Part shown: positions 19,822-29,940 of the stretch, piece after piece
How the letters are laid out: each line of letters opens with the position of its first letter
Numbering within the stretch: position 1 is the stretch's first letter
Source of the DNA: an uncultured Pelagibacteraceae bacterium
GTDB taxonomy: Bacteria; Pseudomonadota; Alphaproteobacteria; Pelagibacterales; Pelagibacteraceae
Direction of reading: 5' to 3'
Length of the DNA: 64,000 nucleotides
Assembly: GCA_902527215.1 (NCBI GenBank)
Contig: CABZOF010000003.1
Span: 130,649 to 194,648, forward strand
Made by a program: the position numbers and the translations under genes
The notes under the pieces: model-generated
Database searches by the model: none
Told to the model about the DNA's origin: nothing
The model's input: the letters and a program-made list of their open reading frames with translations, nothing else

Positions 19822-20983
19822 TTAGCTTAAGATATTCGTTAAGAAATTTTTTACTCTTTTCTACCATAATTTTTATGTCATTAATATTCTTTGGAGAAGA
19901 TTTGTAATATTTCGTAAAATATGGATTTTTCAATAATATTAACATGATTTTAACAATAGAAATATAAGGTATATTATTTTCCAAATATTTTTTAACAAGT
20001 TCGTCATTTATCGAAACTAAAATTATTTCAAAATAGGTTTTATCAAAATTATATTTTAATAAATTAAGTAATGGAAAATTGCTAACTTTTGGTTTAATAA
20101 AATTCTCGCCATTCAATATATTATATTGAAATTTATTGTTTTTAAATACTTGATTAGCATCATCAGAATAAAGGGCAGATGCAATTGGTATTTCCATTGT
20201 GGTATCGTGTGCTAAAAATTTAATAAGACCAGATTTATAATGAACTATGGCATGAACATAGGATTTAGGATGTATTAATATATCAAATTTTTTTGTATTT
20301 AAATTAAATATATTTACAGCTTCTATAATCTCAAAGATTTTGTTCATCATAGTTGCGGAGTCTATTGAAATTTTTTTTCCCATTTTCCAGTTTGGGTGCT
20401 TCAAAGCATATTTTGGCTGAATATTTTTAACTTGACTCAATTTTTTTCTTAAAAATGGTCCCCCTGATGCTGTAAGATAGATTTTCTTAATATTGTTAAC
20501 ATTATCTCCATTAAGCAAGGACCATATTGAAAAATGTTCAGAGTCTAGAGGTATGAAATTAGATTTATTTTTTTTTAATTCTTTTTTTATAAATTTCCAA
20601 CCGCAAATAATTGACTCCTTGTTTGCTATTGCAATATTTTTTGAATATTTAATTATATTTAAAGTTGGCTCTAGTCCATCTATACCAGAAATAGCATTAA
20701 TAGTGAGGAAAACCTTATTATTTCTTTTTTTGTATACCTCTTCAATGCTAAAAAAAACTTTAATTTTTTTCTTTTTAAATCTTTTGCTAAATTTAATGTA
20801 CTTTTGTTTATTAAAAATTACTATTTCTTTTACTTTAAATTCAACTGCTTGTTTGTAAATTTTATGAATATTATTATTTGTAGTCAGTAATTTTACATTA
20901 AAATTTTTTTTATCTTTTCTGATTAAGTTTAGAGTTGAAATTCCTATTGAACCAGTTGAACCTAATATAATTAAATCTTTCAT
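19805..20983 (-). CDS. dxr: 1-deoxy-D-xylulose-5-phosphate reductoisomerase
   Basis: ILGSTGSIG, ANKES, DSEH, LTASGGPF, HPNWKMGKKISIDSATMMNK. Confidence 0.97.
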   Translation of the reverse strand: MKDLIILGSTGSIGISTLNLIRKDKKNFNVKLLTTNNNIHKIYKQAVEFKVKEIVIFNKQKYIKFSKRFKKKKIKVFFSIEEVYKKRNNKVFLTINAISGIDGLEPTLNIIKYSKNIAIANKESIICGWKFIKKELKKNKSNFIPLDSEHFSIWSLLNGDNVNNIKKIYLTASGGPFLRKKLSQVKNIQPKYALKHPNWKMGKKISIDSATMMNKIFEIIEAVNIFNLNTKKFDILIHPKSYVHAIVHYKSGLIKFLAHDTTMEIPIASALYSDDANQVFKNNKFQYNILNGENFIKPKVSNFPLLNLLKYNFDKTYFEIILVSINDELVKKYLENNIPYISIVKIMLILLKNPYFTKYYKSSPKNINDIKIMVEKSKKFLNEYLKLNVKNN

Positions 20984-20990
20984 TATTTTT

Positions 20991-21644
20991 CTATAAAGCT
21001 GTAATAAACATACCTAATGGTAAAGCTAATAAAATTCCATCAATTCTATCTAAAATTCCTCCATGACCGGGTAATATTATACCTGAGTCCTTAATTTTGG
21101 CTTGTCTTTTCAAAAGTGAAATAAATAAATCTCCTAATTGTGAAGTTAATGAAATTAATATAATTAAAATTGTTGTGTTAATATTGAAATTTAATAATTC
21201 TTTAAATATTTCATAAAAAATTAAACCAAAAATTAATGAAAATATAAATGAACCAGCTATACCTGAATAAGTTTTATTCGGACTTACTTTACTGAATTTT
21301 TTACCACCTATTATTTTACCGAATGTGAAACCTCCAATATCTGTAGAGGTACACACTATTAATAAAAAAATAATATAAAATTTATAAATTTCATTTTCAT
21401 GAGTCATATAATAGTAAATGGTTAATGAAAAAGTAGCAGCATAAGACAAAACAATTATCATTGATAAAAAATGGTTAAAAATTTTTTTTTTGAATGTCTT
21501 TTTTAATATCAAATTAAATTCCATTAAAATATTAAAACTAATGAATATTAATAAAAAGATTAAAACTAAAGTATATTTAAAAGAGGCTAATATAATAAGT
21601 AATAATATAAATGAAGTTGTAATTCTTTTAGCAAGTTCACTCAT
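20991..21644 (-). CDS. cdsA: Phosphatidate cytidylyltransferase
   Basis: DIGGF, VSPNKTYSG, GDLFISLLKRQAKIKDSG, LPGHGGILDRID. Confidence 0.96.
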   Translation of the reverse strand: MSELAKRITTSFILLLIILASFKYTLVLIFLLIFISFNILMEFNLILKKTFKKKIFNHFLSMIIVLSYAATFSLTIYYYMTHENEIYKFYIIFLLIVCTSTDIGGFTFGKIIGGKKFSKVSPNKTYSGIAGSFIFSLIFGLIFYEIFKELLNFNINTTILIILISLTSQLGDLFISLLKRQAKIKDSGIILPGHGGILDRIDGILLALPLGMFITAL

Positions 21645-22321
21645 TTTATTCCACCAAAATTTCTTCTCACATTAGAAAAGGTTGATATAATTTTACTAAA
21701 ATCTTTTTTTGTAAACTCAGGCCAAAGTTTTTTTACAAAAAAAATTTCAGTATATGAGGATTGCCACAACAAAAAATTGCTTAATCTATTTCTATTACCA
21801 GTTCTTATAAGTATTTCAGGGTCAGGTATATTGTTTGTATACAAATGATTATTTATATTTTTTTCATTAATTTTTATCTTAAGTTTATTAAGCTTTTTAA
21901 TTGTATTTATAATTTCTTCTTTAGAACCGTAATTTAATGCAATATTTACCTGAATTTTATTATTAAGTTTAGTTAGTCTCTCTGCTTTTTTAAGTTTTGT
22001 TTTCAAGGACACTGGAAATTTATTTATATTTCCAATAATTCTTAGTTTAATATTTTTTTCTATAAGTTTATCTAACTCATAATTTATATAATTTGTTAAC
22101 AAATTTAATAAAAAATTAATTTCATTTTGTGGTCTTTTCCAGTTTTCAGTAGAAAAAGTATACAATGTTAAATATTTTATTTTTTTTGATATTGCTTCGC
22201 TGATAATATGCTCTACAACTTTTACACCCTTTGAGTGGCCATAATTTCGAGACCTGTTATTTTTTATTCCCCATCTACCATTGCCATCCATAATTATGGC
22301 TACATGCTTTGGAGAATTCAT
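21641..22321 (-). CDS. uppS: Undecaprenyl diphosphate synthase
   Basis: HVAIIMDGNGRW, FSTENWKRP, RLSNFLLWQ. Confidence 0.97.
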   Translation of the reverse strand: MNSPKHVAIIMDGNGRWGIKNNRSRNYGHSKGVKVVEHIISEAISKKIKYLTLYTFSTENWKRPQNEINFLLNLLTNYINYELDKLIEKNIKLRIIGNINKFPVSLKTKLKKAERLTKLNNKIQVNIALNYGSKEEIINTIKKLNKLKIKINEKNINNHLYTNNIPDPEILIRTGNRNRLSNFLLWQSSYTEIFFVKKLWPEFTKKDFSKIISTFSNVRRNFGGIK

Positions 22322-22869
22322 ATAGTCATTATTTCTTTTTCTTTTGATGAAACTCTCTCATCTATTACTTTTATTTGACTATCTGTATAATCTTGAATAA
22401 TTTTTTCTTTTTTTTTTACTTCATCCTCTGAGATTTCTTTCTCTTTAAGCAATCTTTTTAACTCATCATTTGCTTCTCTTCTAATATTTCTTATTGAAAC
22501 TTTGCATTTTTCACCCATTGATTTTATTACTTTCTTTATCTCGGATCTTCTCTCTTCACTTAAATCAGGAACGGGTAGTCTAATTAATTGTCCATCTATC
22601 TGTGGATTTAATCCTAACTCTGACTTTTTTATTGCAGAGTCTATAAGAGCTACATTGTTTGTATCCCAAACCTGTATATTTATACTTCTAGGTTCTGGCG
22701 TTGTGATACTGCCCAATTGATTGATCGGCATTTTTTGACCATAAACATCAACTTTTACAATATCTAGCATTCCTGAATTTGCTCTTCCTGTTCTTAATGA
22801 GCTTAGTTCACTTTGAAAAACTTCATAAGTCTTAGACATTTTATTGTTATATTTTGACTCCTCAAACAT
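22318..22869 (-). CDS. frr: Ribosome recycling factor
   Basis: LRTGRAN, LGLNPQIDG, PDLSEERR, IRNIRR. Confidence 0.97.
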   Translation of the reverse strand: MFEESKYNNKMSKTYEVFQSELSSLRTGRANSGMLDIVKVDVYGQKMPINQLGSITTPEPRSINIQVWDTNNVALIDSAIKKSELGLNPQIDGQLIRLPVPDLSEERRSEIKKVIKSMGEKCKVSIRNIRREANDELKRLLKEKEISEDEVKKKEKIIQDYTDSQIKVIDERVSSKEKEIMTI

Positions 22870-23720
22870 TACTCACCTATTTTTAACCTAATAAAATTAT
22901 TAATGTGTAAATTAGAAATTTCTAAGCTTTTTATAACATCTTTAACTTTCATTTTTGGTTCCATTACCCAATCCTGTGACATCAAACTATTTTCTTCTTT
23001 AAATTTATTAATTTTACCAGAACTAATTTTCTTTGCTATAACCTCAGGTTTGCCTGAATTTTTCAATTCTTCCTCAATTAAATTGATTTCTTTATTTATT
23101 ATTTCTTGATCTATCTGATCAACATTTAACGCTATAGGATTTGATGCTGCTATATGCATTGATAATTGTTTTCCAAATAAATCTATTTTATCAGATTTCT
23201 CATTAGTGCTCAAAGATACTATTACAATTAATTTTGATACATTGTCTTTAATTACTGAGTGTTGATAGGCAAAATTTCTTGAATTTTCATCGGCTAAGGT
23301 TTTGACTCTACCAATTGTTATTTTTTCTCCAATTTTTGCTATTAATGCTACTAGATTTTCGTCAACAGTTTTATTATTTTTCATCATTGATTTTTTTAAT
23401 TCTTCTATATTTGAAGAGTGATAATTATTTAATTCACTTAATTCTTTAACAAACTCAATGAAATCCTCATTTTTTGCAACGAAATCAGTTTCACAATTCA
23501 CTTCTATTAAAGACATTTTTTTTTCATCGCCAGAAGTAACTACAACTCCCTCTGTTGCGCTTCTAGACATTTTTTTTGAAGCTTTGGCTATACCTTTTAC
23601 TCTCAAAATTTCAGCTGCCTTATCTAAATCACCATTTGATTCTTTTAATGCTGAATTGCAATCTTTAAAGCCCGCACCTGTGGATTTTCTTAATTGTTTT
23701 ACTTTTTCAATATCACTCAT
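22869..23720 (-). CDS. tsf: Elongation factor Ts
   Basis: [32 protein letters not shown]. Confidence 0.98.
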   Translation of the reverse strand: MSDIEKVKQLRKSTGAGFKDCNSALKESNGDLDKAAEILRVKGIAKASKKMSRSATEGVVVTSGDEKKMSLIEVNCETDFVAKNEDFIEFVKELSELNNYHSSNIEELKKSMMKNNKTVDENLVALIAKIGEKITIGRVKTLADENSRNFAYQHSVIKDNVSKLIVIVSLSTNEKSDKIDLFGKQLSMHIAASNPIALNVDQIDQEIINKEINLIEEELKNSGKPEVIAKKISSGKINKFKEENSLMSQDWVMEPKMKVKDVIKSLEISNLHINNFIRLKIGE

Positions 23721-23748
23721 ATAATTTTCTGTAATAAAATTAATTTTT

Positions 23749-24537
23749 TTAATTAAGTTTTTTTTCTAATTTTTCTTCTTTAGATTTTTCTGGACTTGGA
23801 GTTTCAATTTTTAAAGCCTCAATTTCTTTTTCACTAGTCGTATTTTGTGGTGCTTCTTTTTTAGCATTTAGAATTGTTTCTTTTAAAAGAGAACAATACA
23901 AATCAATAGATCTTCTTGCATCATCATTTCCGGGAATAGGAAAATCAATTCCATCTGGATTAGAATTTGTGTCTAAAATTGCAATTATTGGAATACCTAG
24001 TTTAATAGACTCTTTTATTGCTAAAGATTCATAATTAGTGTCAATGATAAATACTAGATCAGGTATTTTTTTCATTGCTGATATTCCGCCAAGTGATCGA
24101 TGTAATTTATCTCTCTGACCACTCATTTTTAATAATTCTTTTTTAGTAAAACCTCTATTCTCTGATTTTAAATCAGATTCTATTTTATCAAGTTTTTTTA
24201 TTGAGTTAGAGATTGTTCCCCAATTTGTAAGCATACCTCCAAGCCATCTATAATTAACAAAATATTGCTCTGTCTCGTTTGCAAGGTCTGCAATTGCCTC
24301 TGATGCTTGCTTCTTTGTTGAGATAAATAAAATTTTCCCACCAGATGAGATCGTAGAATATACTTTTTCTAAAGCTACTTTAGTTAATTCGAGGGTCTGA
24401 GTTAAATCTATTATATGAATGGAATCACGCTTTCCAAAAATAAATTTTTTCATTTTTGGGTTCCATCTTAAAGTTTTATGGCCAAGATGAACGCCAGCTT
24501 CAAGTAATTGTTCTATTGTTAAGTTTGGTATTTTCAT
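23749..24537 (-). CDS. rpsB: 30S ribosomal protein S2 (start revised to MKIPNL at 24537)
   Basis: [38 protein letters not shown]. Confidence 0.98.
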   Translation of the reverse strand: MKIPNLTIEQLLEAGVHLGHKTLRWNPKMKKFIFGKRDSIHIIDLTQTLELTKVALEKVYSTISSGGKILFISTKKQASEAIADLANETEQYFVNYRWLGGMLTNWGTISNSIKKLDKIESDLKSENRGFTKKELLKMSGQRDKLHRSLGGISAMKKIPDLVFIIDTNYESLAIKESIKLGIPIIAILDTNSNPDGIDFPIPGNDDARRSIDLYCSLLKETILNAKKEAPQNTTSEKEIEALKIETPSPEKSKEEKLEKKLN

Positions 24538-24539
24538 AT

Positions 24540-24612
24540 TTTTTCCCGGTTGTGCCACCACAATTACTGCCTAAAAAGGACCGGAGGTATAAAACCAGAA
24601 ATTGTGTGCGTA
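24540..24612 (-). ncRNA. rpsB 5' leader (S2 autoregulatory element, t44-like)
   Basis: Minus strand CGCACACAATTTCTGGT...CCGGT...AATTGTGGTGGCACAACCGG: CACAATT/AATTGTG stem plus the conserved GTGGNGGCANAACC motif able to pair with CTGGT/CCGGT. Confidence 0.85.
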
Positions 24613-24661
24613 TTAATTTATGGAACTATTTACAAAAAAAAGAGAAAAAAACAAGTTTTTT

Positions 24662-27600
24662 TTAGAGAACATCAATATTTTCCTCATTTCTCATTAAATT
24701 AAGCATTTTGTGATCTATTTTTCTTTTTTCATTCAATTGAAAAGACATCTTTTTTTTATCAACTTCAACATCTATTTTCACTTTAGTTTTGCCTACTTCT
24801 AAACTTAATTTATTAATTTTTGCAATATCATCTATCTTTTTAATTTTTATTGTTACTTCTTCTAATGGTTTGTCAATAACTTCTTTCATAGAAATAATTT
24901 TTCTAATATTAATTTTTTTTTGTATTTTGTTTTCATCTTGATAATTTTTAACAAGAGTAATCATGACAGAATTACCTTCGATGAGCATTTCTCTATTAGT
25001 TTCAAAAACATCCGAAAATACAAATAATTCAAAAACACCAGATAAATCAGAAAATTTAATTATTGCATAGGAAGTTCCTTTTTGTGTTTTCTTTTCTTGA
25101 ACCTTTAGTATTGTGGATGCAATATTTGAACTTAAAATATTTTCATTTGTATCAAACTCCTCATAATTAATAATGTTATACTGGTTAAATAGTGATTTGT
25201 ATTGATTCAATGGATGATCTGATATGAAAAAACCTAGGGTTTCAAATTCTTTTGACAATTTATTATCAATACTCCAATCTTCTATATTTTCTAAGTAGCT
25301 CGTATCACCATCTTCATTAAATAGGTCAATTTGGTTTGCAGAATTATTTTCATAAATGTTTTTAGATTTTAAAATGATGTTAGGTATAGAATTGTACAAA
25401 GATTGTCTATTCTTATTAAAAGTATCAAAAGCGCCTGCTTTCACAAGGCCCTCCAACTGTAATTTGTTTATATCTTTTGGGTTAACACGATTTATAAAGT
25501 CTGTTAAATCTTTGAACTCTCCATTTTTACTTCTCTCTTCTACAATTTTTGAAATTGCATCAAATCCAACACTTTTAATTGCTCCTAATGCGTATAGAAA
25601 ATTTTTACCATCAGAAGAAAAATCAGCATAACATTTATTAATATCTGGACGGATCGTATTTATATCCAATCTTTTAAGTTCTTCATAAAATTCACTTAAT
25701 TTTTTTTGGTTTGAAAGTTCCATTGACATAGAAGCGGCAAAAAACTCATGTGGATAGTATGTTTTTAAAAACGCAGTCTGATATGCTATTATTGCGTATG
25801 CAGCTGCATGACTTTTATTGAATCCATATTCAGCAAATGGTTCAATTTTTAAAAAAATTCCAGCTGCAATATCTTTGCTAATTCCATTTCTATAAGCCCC
25901 CTCAACAAATCTTTCTTTTTGCTTTTCAAGTTCAGCTCTTTTTTTTTTACCCATAGCTCTTCTTAATATGTCTGCTTCACCTGCTGTGAATCCAGATAAG
26001 ACTTGAGCAATTTGCATAACTTGTTCTTGATAAATAATCACACCATAAGTTGGTTTTAAAATTTCCTCTAATTTAGGGTGTAAATAGTCTGGTTCTCTCA
26101 TTCCATGTTTGCAATCGTTATAAATAGGAATATTGCTCATAGGACCAGGTCTATATAATGCAACTAATGCAATAATATCTTCCAAGTGATTAGGTTTCAT
26201 GTTGATTAAAGCATCTTTCATTCCAGAACTCTCTAATTGAAATAACCCAACTGTTTTGCCACTAGATAAAAGGTCAAATACTTTTTGATCCTCGTAATTA
26301 ATAGTTTCAATTTTAAAATTTGGGTGTTTTTTTTCTATAAGTTTTTGAGACTTATTAATTACTGTTAAAGTTTTTAAGCCCAAAAAGTCAAATTTAACTA
26401 ATCCAGCATTCTCAGCTGAATACATGTCAAATTGTGTAGAAGGTAGTAATAAATCTGCAGACGAGTCCTTATACAAAGGGACGGTTTCTGTTAATTTTTT
26501 GTCTGCTATAACAACACCAGCTGCATGAGTTGCAACATTTCTATTTAACCCCTCAAGTTTTAAAGATAGCTCGATTAGACGACTAACTCTTTTATCCTCA
26601 TTAATTAATTTTTGTAATCTTGGCTCTACATTGATGCTTTCTTGTAGAGTTAATGGTCTAGATGGATCAAATGGTATCATTTTACAAATGCTATCTATAA
26701 AACCATATGGCAATCCTAACACACGTCCAACATCTCTTATAACCATTCTAGCTTTAAGTTTTCCGAATGTTATAATGTGAGCGACACTATCCTTATATTT
26801 GGTTGTCAAATATTTAAAAACCTGATCTCTTTTTTCTTCACAAAAATCTATATCAAAATCAGGCATAGAGATCCTATCAGGGTTTAAAAATCTCTCAAAG
26901 ATTAAGTTAAATTTTATTGGATCCACATCTGTTATGGATAGACACCAAGCAACTAATGATCCTGCTCCTGATCCTCTTCCAGGACCAACTGGTATATTAT
27001 TATCTTTTGCCCACTTTATATAATCTGAAACAATTAAAAAATATCCTGAATAATTCATCTCAGTTATAATTTTTATTTCATGATTTAACCTATCTTTATA
27101 TTTTTCTATAATTTCAATATTATTTGATATTTTTTTTATAAGCTCTGTATCATTTTTAAATTTTTCTTCTAAACCAACCAAGGAGTCATTTTTTAACTTA
27201 TCGTCAATGTTTGTTACATTTGAGGTAATGTTAGGAAGTATAGGTTTAGAAGTAACAGGTCTAAAATCACATCTGTAAGGTAAATTATAATTATTTTCTA
27301 ATGCCTCGGGCAGATCTTTAAAAATCTCTGACATTTCAGTTGAAGATTTAAAGTAATGATTATCTGTTAGTTTGAACCTTTTTTGATCATTTATATAAGT
27401 TTTTTGACCAATACACATCAATGCATCGTGAGCTTCATGCATCTCCTTATTCAAATAGTAAACTTCATTAGTGGCTATTATTGGTATTTGATATTTTTTT
27501 GAAAGATTAAGATTAAAGATTTCAAATTCTTTTTCATTTTTGTCACCATGTCTTTGAATTTCTAAATAAAAATTTTCTTTAAAATTGTTATTTAAAAGTT

Positions 27601-28066
27601 TTATTAATTCGTCTATTTCATCAAATAATCCTTTATTAAAAATATTACCTATCAAATTATTAACTGCTCCAGAAAGAACAATTATCCCATCACTATATTT
27701 TATTAAATCATCTATTAAACAATGTGGATCATCTGTATCGGCAATTTCTAAATAAGCTTTTGAAGAAAGTTCAATTATATTTTTATATCCAACATAATTT
27801 TTAGCGATAAGTGGAATAAGTCCATAAGTATTTTTAAATTTAAATTGAATTTGTGATCCTATGATTGGTTGAGTTCCTACGGATGAAATATTTTCAGAAA
27901 ATTCTAATGCACCTGATAAATTATAAGTATCACTTAAACCTACTGATTGAATCTTATTTTTTTTGCAATACTCTTTTAGATTTTCAATTTTTAATGCACC
28001 TTCACAAATTGAATATTGAGAGTGAATTTTAATTTGATTAAAAGATTTTTTTTTAGACTGCAGCAT
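24662..28066 (-). CDS. dnaE: DNA polymerase III alpha subunit (start likely MLQSKK at 28066)
   Basis: PHP domain HSQYS, GPGRGSGAGSLV, FERFLNPDRISMPDFDIDF, YGFNKSHAAAY; no intein-sized insertion. Confidence 0.98.
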   Translation of the reverse strand: MLQSKKKSFNQIKIHSQYSICEGALKIENLKEYCKKNKIQSVGLSDTYNLSGALEFSENISSVGTQPIIGSQIQFKFKNTYGLIPLIAKNYVGYKNIIELSSKAYLEIADTDDPHCLIDDLIKYSDGIIVLSGAVNNLIGNIFNKGLFDEIDELIKLLNNNFKENFYLEIQRHGDKNEKEFEIFNLNLSKKYQIPIIATNEVYYLNKEMHEAHDALMCIGQKTYINDQKRFKLTDNHYFKSSTEMSEIFKDLPEALENNYNLPYRCDFRPVTSKPILPNITSNVTNIDDKLKNDSLVGLEEKFKNDTELIKKISNNIEIIEKYKDRLNHEIKIITEMNYSGYFLIVSDYIKWAKDNNIPVGPGRGSGAGSLVAWCLSITDVDPIKFNLIFERFLNPDRISMPDFDIDFCEEKRDQVFKYLTTKYKDSVAHIITFGKLKARMVIRDVGRVLGLPYGFIDSICKMIPFDPSRPLTLQESINVEPRLQKLINEDKRVSRLIELSLKLEGLNRNVATHAAGVVIADKKLTETVPLYKDSSADLLLPSTQFDMYSAENAGLVKFDFLGLKTLTVINKSQKLIEKKHPNFKIETINYEDQKVFDLLSSGKTVGLFQLESSGMKDALINMKPNHLEDIIALVALYRPGPMSNIPIYNDCKHGMREPDYLHPKLEEILKPTYGVIIYQEQVMQIAQVLSGFTAGEADILRRAMGKKKRAELEKQKERFVEGAYRNGISKDIAAGIFLKIEPFAEYGFNKSHAAAYAIIAYQTAFLKTYYPHEFFAASMSMELSNQKKLSEFYEELKRLDINTIRPDINKCYADFSSDGKNFLYALGAIKSVGFDAISKIVEERSKNGEFKDLTDFINRVNPKDINKLQLEGLVKAGAFDTFNKNRQSLYNSIPNIILKSKNIYENNSANQIDLFNEDGDTSYLENIEDWSIDNKLSKEFETLGFFISDHPLNQYKSLFNQYNIINYEEFDTNENILSSNIASTILKVQEKKTQKGTSYAIIKFSDLSGVFELFVFSDVFETNREMLIEGNSVMITLVKNYQDENKIQKKINIRKIISMKEVIDKPLEEVTIKIKKIDDIAKINKLSLEVGKTKVKIDVEVDKKKMSFQLNEKRKIDHKMLNLMRNEENIDVL

Positions 28067-28736
28067 TGATGGTTTGTATATTACCATTATTCATGATAAT
28101 TTTACAATCTGCCATATTTGCAAAATATCTATTGTGAGTTGCAAAAATTATGATCCTTTTTTTATTTTTTAAATTAAATAGAATTTTAAAGATAAGTTTT
28201 GCATTTTCAAAATCTAGACTACCAGTTGGCTCATCAGCTAAAATAATATCAGGATCATTAATTAATGCCCTGGCTATGGCAATACGTTGACTTTCACCTC
28301 CAGACAATTCATTAGGAAAATAATTTATTCTAGTTGACATACCTACATTTTTTATCAATTTTTTTGCTAAATCTACGGACTTTTGTTTTTCTTTAGTAAT
28401 TAGTAAATTAGGCAAGTATACATTTTCTAAAGCTGTAAAATCTGACAATAGGTTTTTGTCTTGATAAATAATTCCAATTTTCTTAGCTCTAATTAAATCA
28501 TTTTCAACTTTATTATTTAATTTTATTTTATTACTGCTTATTTCAATTGACCCTGTCGTAGGTTTATCAATTAATGATAGTAAATTTAGTAAAGTCGATT
28601 TTCCTGATCCAGATGGTCCGACAATAGAGTAAGTTTTTCCAGATTCAAAACTAAATGAAACATCATTTAAAACTTTTATAGATTTATTTTTCTCATATTT
28701 TTTTGTTAGATTTTTTATTTTAATATAATTATTCAT
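28053..28736 (-). CDS. lolD: Lipoprotein-release ABC transporter ATPase
   Basis: GPSGSGKST, LSGGESQRIAIARAL, DEPTGSLD; follows lolC/E. Confidence 0.92.
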   Translation of the reverse strand: MNNYIKIKNLTKKYEKNKSIKVLNDVSFSFESGKTYSIVGPSGSGKSTLLNLLSLIDKPTTGSIEISSNKIKLNNKVENDLIRAKKIGIIYQDKNLLSDFTALENVYLPNLLITKEKQKSVDLAKKLIKNVGMSTRINYFPNELSGGESQRIAIARALINDPDIILADEPTGSLDFENAKLIFKILFNLKNKKRIIIFATHNRYFANMADCKIIMNNGNIQTINAAV

Positions 28737-29940
28737 ATTTTAGAGTTTTAACTGTATCTAAAGAAGATGCTTTTGAAGCTGGGTATATAGACACTAAAAT
28801 TGTAGCAATTATTGAACAAAAAGAGATTATTATTATTGAAACTATATTTATTTCGGAAGGCATAGAATTTAAAATATAAATATCTTCTGGGAAAAGAGAA
28901 ATACCAAATATATTTGAGATAAATTGTCTAATAATTTCTATATAAATAGAGAAAAGAGTGCCAACAGCTACTCCGAAAAGTGTCGCTGAAGTTCCTATAA
29001 AAAAACCCACTAAAAAAAAGATTTTTTTTATAGATTTATTTGATACCCCAATTGATTTTAGTATGCCTATATCCCTTGTTTTATTTTTAACTAAAATTGT
29101 AAGTCCAGATATTATATTAAATGCTGCAACAATAATTATCAAAGATAAAATTATAAACATAACATTTCTTTCAACTTTCAAAGCTGAAAATAATGATTTA
29201 TTCATATCTGACCAAGTATAAACTAACGAATCTGGAAATAGAGCTGTTAAATTTTTTTTATGAATTTCAATATTTTTTGGATCTTTAAAATAGAATTCTA
29301 AATACCTATCTTCTTTGTTTTTATTAAAAAAACTTTCCAGTGTTTGTAAATTAATATATGCAATATTCTCATTATAATCTGATAAACCACTATCAAAAAT
29401 TGATACTATTTTAAAGTTTTCTTGTTTAGGAAGTGTGCCGACTAAAGTTTGAATTCCTGCAGGAGACATAACTGTAATTGTATCACCAACATCAACATTT
29501 AAATTAAAGCTTAATTCTTTACCAATTGAAATATTATTATCATTTAGGTTTTGCGATCCAAAAAATTCTTTATTTTTTACTATTTGAAGGTTTCTAAAAT
29601 CACTTTCTAAATATCCTTTTAAGAAGACACCCTTCGTAATATTTTTATTCAATATTACTGCTTCTCCATCATTTGAAATTATATTTTTTGTCAAACCCAA
29701 ATCTTGAATATATTCCAGTGGTTTATTTGCTGGTTGAACTACTGCATGAGCATTAAAACCTACAATCTTACTTATTAATTCAGTTCTAAAACCATTCATC
29801 ACTGACATAACAATGATTAGAACCGCAACACCTAATGAAATACCTATAAAAGAAAAAATTGAGATGATATTTAAAAAACCATCATTTTTTCTAGTTCTTA
29901 AAAATCTAAATGTAACTTCTTTTTCTAGCTGTGAGATCAA
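28729..29940 (-). CDS. lolC: Lipoprotein-release ABC transporter permease LolC/E
   Basis: GISLGVAVLIIVMSVMNGF, ERNVMFIIL, IVAAFNII, YPA. Confidence 0.92.
   Translation of the reverse strand: MISQLEKEVTFRFLRTRKNDGFLNIISIFSFIGISLGVAVLIIVMSVMNGFRTELISKIVGFNAHAVVQPANKPLEYIQDLGLTKNIISNDGEAVILNKNITKGVFLKGYLESDFRNLQIVKNKEFFGSQNLNDNNISIGKELSFNLNVDVGDTITVMSPAGIQTLVGTLPKQENFKIVSIFDSGLSDYNENIAYINLQTLESFFNKNKEDRYLEFYFKDPKNIEIHKKNLTALFPDSLVYTWSDMNKSLFSALKVERNVMFIILSLIIIVAAFNIISGLTILVKNKTRDIGILKSIGVSNKSIKKIFFLVGFFIGTSATLFGVAVGTLFSIYIEIIRQFISNIFGISLFPEDIYILNSMPSEINIVSIIIISFCSIIATILVSIYPASKASSLDTVKTLKYE

Noticed and set aside
24662-28066. Intein or intron in dnaE
   Set aside because: Length is normal and there is no splicing motif or endonuclease-like insertion.
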